Shown: positions 58,310-64,000 of the stretch, one piece after another
Layout of the letters: each line of letters begins with the position of its first letter
How positions within the stretch are numbered: position 1 is the stretch's first letter
Assembly: GCA_965218435.1 (NCBI GenBank)
Contig: CBDCKW010000009.1
Span: 2,176,001-2,240,000, forward strand
Origin: Truepera sp.
GTDB taxonomy: Bacteria; Deinococcota; Deinococci; Deinococcales; Trueperaceae
Direction: 5' to 3'
DNA length: 64,000 nucleotides
Notes under the pieces: model-generated
Told to the model about the DNA's origin: nothing
Seen by the model: the letters and a program-made list of their open reading frames with translations, nothing else
Databases searched by the model: none
Translations under genes and position numbers: made by a program

Positions 58310-60211
58310 CTAAAGCTCGACTTGCGTCCCTAATTCAACGACTTGGCCGGGAGGCAGATGATAAAACGACGAGGCCGAGAGCGCGTTACGTGACATCACG
58401 GCAAAGAGGCGTTCGCGCCAGAGGGCCATTCCGGGGCGGTTGGTCGCAAACACTGTCTCCCGCCCGACAAAGTAAGTCACATCCGAAAGCGCGATTTCAG
58501 CTCCGTTGGGCCATACGCTTCTCAGGACGCGCGGGACGTTGGGCTGCTCCATAAAGCCGAAATGCATCACCACCTGATAGAACTCGTTACCGAGCGGCGT
58601 CAGCGTCACACGCTGCGAGCGTTTGACACGCGGCCGCTCTTCAGTTTTGACCGAGAGCAAAATCACCCGTTCGTGCAGCACTTTGTTCGTTTTGAGGTTT
58701 TGCGCGAGCGAATAGGGCGTATGCACCGGCGAACGGAACATAAAGATCGCCGTACCCGGCACCCGGTTGGGTGGGTGTTCGGTAATTTCACCCAAAAACT
58801 GCCCAAGCGGTTCGACGCGTTCGTCGAGGCGCTCGGATAAGATCAGGCGGCCCCGTTTCCACGTACTCAGCAGCGTAAACACGACAGCTGCCACCAAGAG
58901 CGGAAACCAGCCTCCCTGCGGCACTTTGAGGATGTTCGCCCCGAAAAAAGACAGGTCAACGACGAGTAACAGAGCTGCGAGTAGGGTTGCGCCAAAGATG
59001 TTCCAGTGCCACCGTTCGCGGGCAACGACGTAAAAGAGGATGGTCGTAATCACCATATCGGTCGAGACGCCAACGCCGTACGCCGCCGCCAAATTCGACG
59101 ACGAGCGGAAGCCCAACACCAGACCGATACACGCGATCATCAAAATCCAGTTGATCGAGGGGATATAGACCTGACCGAACTCACGTGATGAGGTGTGCCG
59201 GATGGCTAGGCGCGGGATATAGCCGAGCTGAACCGCCTGCATAGTGAGCGAAAACGCTCCCGAAATCAGGGCTTGTGAGGCGATCACCGTCGCCATCGTT
59301 GCCAGAATCACCACCGGGTAAAGGCCCCACTCGGGGACCATCCGGTAAAAGGGGTTGAGAGCAGCTTCAGGGTCGCCTAAAATTAGCGCACCTTGGCCGA
59401 AGTAGTTTAAGAGCAGCGCCGGGAGCACCAGCACGAGCCACGCGAGGCGAATCGGGCGTTTGCCGAAGTGACCCATATCGGTATAGAGCGCCTCACCGCC
59501 GGTAACGACCAAAAACACCGAACCGAGAACAAAAAATCCAACCGCACCATTTTGTATAAAAAAGCGGAGCCCATAAAAGGGGCTGATAGCGACGAGCACG
59601 TCGGGCCGCTGCACGATTTGGACAAGACCCAGCACAGCGAGCGTGGAGAACCACAAAATCATAATGGGGCCGAACACCCGGCCGACGCTGCCGGTCCCGA
59701 GGCGCTGCGTGGCAAAGAGTAAGACCAAAATTCCAATCGTAATCGGAATGATGTAGGGGTCAAAAAACGGCGTCGCCACGCCTAGCCCTTCAACGGCGCT
59801 TAAAACTGAAATCGCCGGAGTAATCATCCCGTCGCCGTAAAGGAGCGACGCGCCGAACAGCCCGAGGATCACCAGTAGCCAGCGGCCCCCGCCACGTTTG
59901 ACCTGCAGCGGCGTCACGAGTGAGGTCAGGGCCAAGATACCCCCCTCACCGTGATTGTCGGCTCTCGTGACGAAGCTGATGTACTTGATGGTAATGACAA
60001 TAATCAGCGACCAAAAGATTAAAGACAAGATACCAAGCACATTGCCGGGCGTTGGCACAAGACCGTAATGCTCACCCAAGGACTCACGAAAGGCGTAGAG
60101 CGGGCTCGTCCCGATGTCGCCGTAAACGACGCCTAGTGCGCCGAGTGCGAGCAGATAGAGATAACGGCCGTGCGGCGTTTTGGTGTGATCTGTTTCATTG
60201 TCAAACGACAT
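58310..60211 (-). CDS. kup: KUP/HAK/KT potassium transporter
   Basis: GVVYGDIGTSPLY, DNHGEGG, GDGMITPAISVLSA, GGEALYTDMGHF and GQVYIP. Confidence 0.97.
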   Translation of the reverse strand: MSFDNETDHTKTPHGRYLYLLALGALGVVYGDIGTSPLYAFRESLGEHYGLVPTPGNVLGILSLIFWSLIIVITIKYISFVTRADNHGEGGILALTSLVTPLQVKRGGGRWLLVILGLFGASLLYGDGMITPAISVLSAVEGLGVATPFFDPYIIPITIGILVLLFATQRLGTGSVGRVFGPIMILWFSTLAVLGLVQIVQRPDVLVAISPFYGLRFFIQNGAVGFFVLGSVFLVVTGGEALYTDMGHFGKRPIRLAWLVLVLPALLLNYFGQGALILGDPEAALNPFYRMVPEWGLYPVVILATMATVIASQALISGAFSLTMQAVQLGYIPRLAIRHTSSREFGQVYIPSINWILMIACIGLVLGFRSSSNLAAAYGVGVSTDMVITTILFYVVARERWHWNIFGATLLAALLLVVDLSFFGANILKVPQGGWFPLLVAAVVFTLLSTWKRGRLILSERLDERVEPLGQFLGEITEHPPNRVPGTAIFMFRSPVHTPYSLAQNLKTNKVLHERVILLSVKTEERPRVKRSQRVTLTPLGNEFYQVVMHFGFMEQPNVPRVLRSVWPNGAEIALSDVTYFVGRETVFATNRPGMALWRERLFAVMSRNALSASSFYHLPPGQVVELGTQVEL

Positions 60212-60367
60212 TCATACCCCTTACCGCTCACGACATTAACACATCGTTCCAGCTCTAAGAGGGATATTCTTACCACCATCTTGACGCCCCACTTAGTCCT
60301 TTACCCGGAGCGATAGTTAACACCTCGAGACAAGCTGTTAAGCGGCCCAAAGGCGTATCGTAAACGT

Positions 60368-60955
60368 ATGCGTTTTACTCTTTTAACGTTGATGTTGGTT
60401 CTCTCTGGACTTACCGGACTACAGACAGCGGCGGCCCACGCGACAATCGTTTTGGGGCACTTTGAGGTCTTACCTGAACGCCCCGCTGAGGGCGCGCCGC
60501 TCGAGCTCCGGCTAAAGCTCGAGGACCCCACCCAAGTTCCGATTCAAGACGCCGTCGTCTTGGCCGACCTGCGCCCTGTCAGAAGGCCGCACGCCGAACC
60601 CACTCGCGCCGAGTTTAGCGAAACTCAAACCCCCGGTACCTATGAGGCGACGGCAACCTTGGCGCAGCCCGGCCCGTACCGAATCGTGCTCCGCGACCAG
60701 ACCTACCGGCAAGAAGAGGCGACGGCGACGCTCGCTGAGCCCTTACGGATTGGAAACTCAGGCCCCGCACGAGCCAATTCTGCCCAAGACTTTAACTTTC
60801 CGCCGACTGCGACCGGTTCAGCAGGGTGGCGCACCTGGCTGTTATGGCTGCTCGGCCTACCGATTGTCGCCGCGCTGCTCGTTACCGTTTTGGTTTTGAC
60901 GCGAGGGAATAACGAAGAAACCAAGAAGGCTACGAAATCCGGCAAAGCCTCATAA
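60368..60955 (+). CDS. Secreted/membrane-anchored YtkA/FixH-like protein
   Basis: Signal peptide ending AAA-H, an Ig-like ...PGTYEA...PGPY segment and a C-terminal TM segment. Confidence 0.6.
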   Translation: MRFTLLTLMLVLSGLTGLQTAAAHATIVLGHFEVLPERPAEGAPLELRLKLEDPTQVPIQDAVVLADLRPVRRPHAEPTRAEFSETQTPGTYEATATLAQPGPYRIVLRDQTYRQEEATATLAEPLRIGNSGPARANSAQDFNFPPTATGSAGWRTWLLWLLGLPIVAALLVTVLVLTRGNNEETKKATKSGKAS

Positions 60956-61687
60956 GTGAGCCTGTTCGACCAGACCTCCGGGACGCTGCTGAACCTCGTG
61001 ACGGTGCTCGTCGGCTCAACCCTTGGGCTCTCTTTACGCGGGCGTTTGCCCGAACGGGTGGTCACCACGACGATGCAAGCCATCGGCCTCACCACGCTCT
61101 TTATCGGGATCGGTAACGCCTTTGACCTGAACAAAGTAAGCGAGCCGCCGGGGGTGATTTTGGCGTTGATGGCGCTCGCACTCGGCGGCATTTTAGGCGA
61201 GTGGTGGCGTATTGAAGAGGGTTTGGAAGGTCTCGGCGAAACGCTTAAACGCCGCTTTAAGGGGCAAGGGCGCTTTACCGAAGGGTTTGTGGCCTCGAGC
61301 CTGCTGTTCTGCGTCGGACCCCTAACCCTGATCGGCTCGGTCCAAAACGGCCTCGCCGGGGACAATTCATTTTTAGTCTTAAAGTCAACGTTGGACGGGT
61401 TTGCCGCGCTCGCGCTCTCGGCAACGTTCGGGTTCGGCGTCATCTTTTCAACCGTGGTGATCGCGCTCTATCAGGGCACATTGTCGCTCGCTGCCGGACG
61501 TTTTGCCGCGCTGATTCCCGACCCCTCGAGCGACCCACGCGTGCTGCTCGTCAACGGCGTCGGCGGGATTATGATCGTCGGGCTCGGCTTTAACCTCTTA
61601 GAGCTTAAGCGGATTCGGGTGGCGAGTTTGCTGCCGTCACTTGCGCTGGTTGTAGTGCTTTACTATCTAGGTTTACGTTTGTACTGA
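60956..61687 (+). CDS. DUF554 (YdfK-like) membrane protein
   Basis: GTLLN..TVL.GS, EGFVASSLLFCVGPLT.IGS and KSTLDGF. Confidence 0.92.
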   Translation: MSLFDQTSGTLLNLVTVLVGSTLGLSLRGRLPERVVTTTMQAIGLTTLFIGIGNAFDLNKVSEPPGVILALMALALGGILGEWWRIEEGLEGLGETLKRRFKGQGRFTEGFVASSLLFCVGPLTLIGSVQNGLAGDNSFLVLKSTLDGFAALALSATFGFGVIFSTVVIALYQGTLSLAAGRFAALIPDPSSDPRVLLVNGVGGIMIVGLGFNLLELKRIRVASLLPSLALVVVLYYLGLRLY

Positions 61688-61778
61688 CTTACTCATGATA
61701 TACTCACAGCAGACAGCAGAAAGTCACTGCCGCTCTTACTGCGCTGCTTTTTGACGTGCTGTCATCTGGAGGCAAAAG

Positions 61779-62555
61779 GTGAAGCGTTTTATAGCGTGGT
61801 TTGTCTTAGGGCTGCTCTCTCTAACTTGGGCACAACTCGACCCAGAAGCCGCACCATTTTTAGATTACGGTAGGGCGCTGCAACGTGCGGAAAAGCCAGG
61901 AACCTTAGTGGTTACCCTCTGCATAACCGGCTATCAAAACGGCAACGCGCAACCGGAACTGTGTACACATAGCGCCATAGATTACGTCAAAAGGCGCATG
62001 GCGGTCCGTATCACCGCACGTGAAGAGCCACGCTACAACAGCAATATGGTTTATCAAGACGGTCGCATCTATATGACAGACTTCGGGACAGACAAACTCG
62101 TGATGATGCCGCCAGAGCAGGCAGAGCCGATAGCGGAGACTCTGGAAAAGACTTTTGACACGGCTATGCAAAACAATTTTGTCCCGGACCAATTTGACAG
62201 CACCCATTACGACGGCCCGGTCAGCTACGGAAAGGTTATAAAGGGCGAGCAGGTCAGCGCGACGGTGACGTTACCTTTTACTGATCTAAAAGGCTCAGAC
62301 CCGAAACCGACCACCCTGCGCCTTGTTTTTAACGAGAATAAAGTGCTTTTAGGGACACTTACGCCGACGGATAAGGGGCCACTGCTGTCGGTTATCAATC
62401 ATCCGCAGACCAAAGTGACACCAGCCCAATTTTTCGATACCACGAGTTACCGGCTCGAGGATAAGAAACCCGTGCTGGTGAGTAAAAGCCGCGTCGTTCA
62501 GTTTCAATTTGACAAACCGCTCGACGAAAAGCTTTTTACCGTTCCTCAAAACTAG
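61779..62555 (+). CDS. Secreted hypothetical protein
   Basis: SD GGAGG and a signal peptide ending TWA-Q. It is beta-rich, and the C-terminus DKPLDEKLFTVP is reminiscent of LolA-like folds. Confidence 0.7.
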   Translation: MKRFIAWFVLGLLSLTWAQLDPEAAPFLDYGRALQRAEKPGTLVVTLCITGYQNGNAQPELCTHSAIDYVKRRMAVRITAREEPRYNSNMVYQDGRIYMTDFGTDKLVMMPPEQAEPIAETLEKTFDTAMQNNFVPDQFDSTHYDGPVSYGKVIKGEQVSATVTLPFTDLKGSDPKPTTLRLVFNENKVLLGTLTPTDKGPLLSVINHPQTKVTPAQFFDTTSYRLEDKKPVLVSKSRVVQFQFDKPLDEKLFTVPQN

Positions 62556-62566
62556 CGGCGGCAAAA

Positions 62567-62592
62567 TAGGTGCTCTCGGCTGAGAGCACCTA
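62567..62592. terminator. Hairpin terminator between convergent genes
   Basis: Perfect 11-bp stem TAGGTGCTCTC-GGCT-GAGAGCACCTA flanked by A runs. Confidence 0.8.
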
Positions 62593-62612
62593 AAACTTTA
62601 TGCGGGGTACGT

Positions 62613-63350
62613 TTAGAACGCCTTACGCCCTCTTAAGAGTGGCGGTAAAAGCGTCGCCACAAAGACGAGCATGAGTAGAAGCGCCACGATAATGACCAGC
62701 GGGTGCCCCCACTGCCCGATAGCAATCGCCAGAAACGTCCAGACAAAGACGCTGCCGTACACCGGATCGCGCCAGTTGACGCGTACCGTCAGGCCGATTA
62801 CCGTACCGACGAGCAGCATGATGATTGTCCAAAAGGTCGCGCCGCTCGTCCAACCGGACAAGAGGAGGGCGCTAGACGTATTCACAATCGTCGCCAGCGT
62901 CAGCCAACCCGCGTAAAGACTCACCGAATAACCGAGCCAGCGCAGCACGCCTTCGTGCTCGACACCGACGCCGAGGGCGCGGCGCATCGCAATGGCCGTA
63001 GCTAACAGGGCAAAGATAGTTAACACAGGGAGCCAGAGGTGGGCATCGGCAACGGAATAAAGCCAGATGGCGTTCAGCACAGCAGTTAGCGCCAACCAGG
63101 GGCGCAGCGCCTGGAGCCGGGGGTTTTCTTCTTGGTCGGGAAGCGCCTGATAAACCGCGAGGGCCAAGAGTCCCAGATAGATGGGTACCCAGATTAAAAA
63201 CGCGTAGGGGGCAGGTGTTAAGAGAGGCTCGAGCCCATACGTGTCGGCCGCGCCGCCGGGAGTAAAGGCTCTGACCGCAACTGAAAACGGGACGATGATA
63301 CCGGCCCAGGTCACCACAAGGACAAAGATTTGTTTCATTCTCTCGCTCAT
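62613..63350 (-). CDS. Tryptophan-rich sensory (TspO-like) membrane protein
   Basis: LTPAPYAFLIW..IY, LNAIWL and SLYAGWLTLAT..N. Confidence 0.8.
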   Translation of the reverse strand: MSERMKQIFVLVVTWAGIIVPFSVAVRAFTPGGAADTYGLEPLLTPAPYAFLIWVPIYLGLLALAVYQALPDQEENPRLQALRPWLALTAVLNAIWLYSVADAHLWLPVLTIFALLATAIAMRRALGVGVEHEGVLRWLGYSVSLYAGWLTLATIVNTSSALLLSGWTSGATFWTIIMLLVGTVIGLTVRVNWRDPVYGSVFVWTFLAIAIGQWGHPLVIIVALLLMLVFVATLLPPLLRGRKAF

Positions 63351-63461
63351 AGCGTTATCATAGTGTACAAACGCACGTTTCAATCGTAACGAACGCCCAA
63401 CTATCTGCTCAGATATAGGGCGGACGGTGATAAGGCTCAGCCGACGCGGTAAGCTGACCCT

Positions 63462-63755
63462 ATGCTTAGCGACGCTGAAATGGCCCATCTTAAAACGCTC
63501 GCCCGGTTAGAGCTCACTGCTGAAGAGACGCAGCGGCTTAAAGGTGACCTCAATTCGCTTTTGACCTATTTTGAAAGCCTGTCGGAACTCGACACCGAAG
63601 GCGTTGAAGAACTTGCCCGTCCGCTAGCTTTAAGCAACGTCTTTCGGGAGGATGTGGTGCAGCCGGGGTTAGGGCAACAAACGGACGAGCGCCTCGCGGT
63701 CGAGAGTCAAGACGGCTTTTTTAAGGTGCCGCGCACGGTCGAGAGCGGTGAATAA
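63462..63755 (+). CDS. gatC: Asp/Glu-tRNA amidotransferase subunit C
   Basis: HL.TLARLEL, L.ELDTEGVE, NVFRED and GFFKVPR. Confidence 0.95.
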   Translation: MLSDAEMAHLKTLARLELTAEETQRLKGDLNSLLTYFESLSELDTEGVEELARPLALSNVFREDVVQPGLGQQTDERLAVESQDGFFKVPRTVESGE

Positions 63756-63833
63756 ACGCTTCATGAACTTTAAGGATTTTTCACCTGGTTTGCAGCTAAA
63801 CTTAAGTGTGACACAATCTTAGGTGGAGGCACG

Positions 63834-64000
63834 ATGAAACGGTCTTTTGCTCTTTTTGTACTCTTAGTGACGCTGCTCAGCGCGTGTGTTCCGGCAACCC
63901 AGTACCCGCCCGACACCCCGATTTTCTATCCGACGAGCTACCGTAACCTGTTCTCGACGACCTTGCAAGAGTTGACCGCCGCGTATCTGCCCAGCGGTCT
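63834..64000 (+). CDS. Lipoprotein, 3' end outside the window
   Basis: SD GGAGG, then MKRSFALFVLLVTLLSAC ending in a lipobox. Confidence 0.75.
   Translation, partial: MKRSFALFVLLVTLLSACVPATQYPPDTPIFYPTSYRNLFSTTLQELTAAYLPSG

Noticed and set aside
60212..60367. c-di-AMP (ydaO) riboswitch upstream of kup
   Set aside because: The expected GCTGAATCC, GGGGA and CCCGTCAGCTAAC elements are not present.

Overview
A 64-kb, moderately GC-rich chromosomal segment from a Deinococcota bacterium, most like Trueperaceae. The placement rests on a TilS-TadA fusion, bshC, futalosine-pathway mqnE/mqnA, SecDF, and many genes that look leaderless. Most of it is housekeeping and stress genes: secDF, bshC, comB, pgeF, mqnEA, msrA, pgm, a Mn-catalase, tRNA-Ser(CGA), tilS-tadA, deoB, murI-rph-rdgB, hisIE, kup and gatC. 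It also carries a riboswitch-led cobamide salvage/remodelling operon, two c-di-GMP enzymes, a Xre-RES toxin-antitoxin pair and a few AT-richer, probably imported genes. I saw no transposase, integrase, prophage or CRISPR array. The main unexplained signals are: (1) a HIP1-like iterated palindrome (G)CTCGAG(C), about 135 copies by manual count, in all frames and between genes; (2) a cupin-HD-GYP gene followed by a structured intergenic segment and a small acidic lipoprotein; (3) a CobQ-CobU fusion and an unexplained cupin in the B12 operon; (4) a near-consensus promoter with no gene behind it, facing the tRNA; (5) recurrent 12-18-bp tandem duplications. All calls come from reading motifs by eye; no searches were run.
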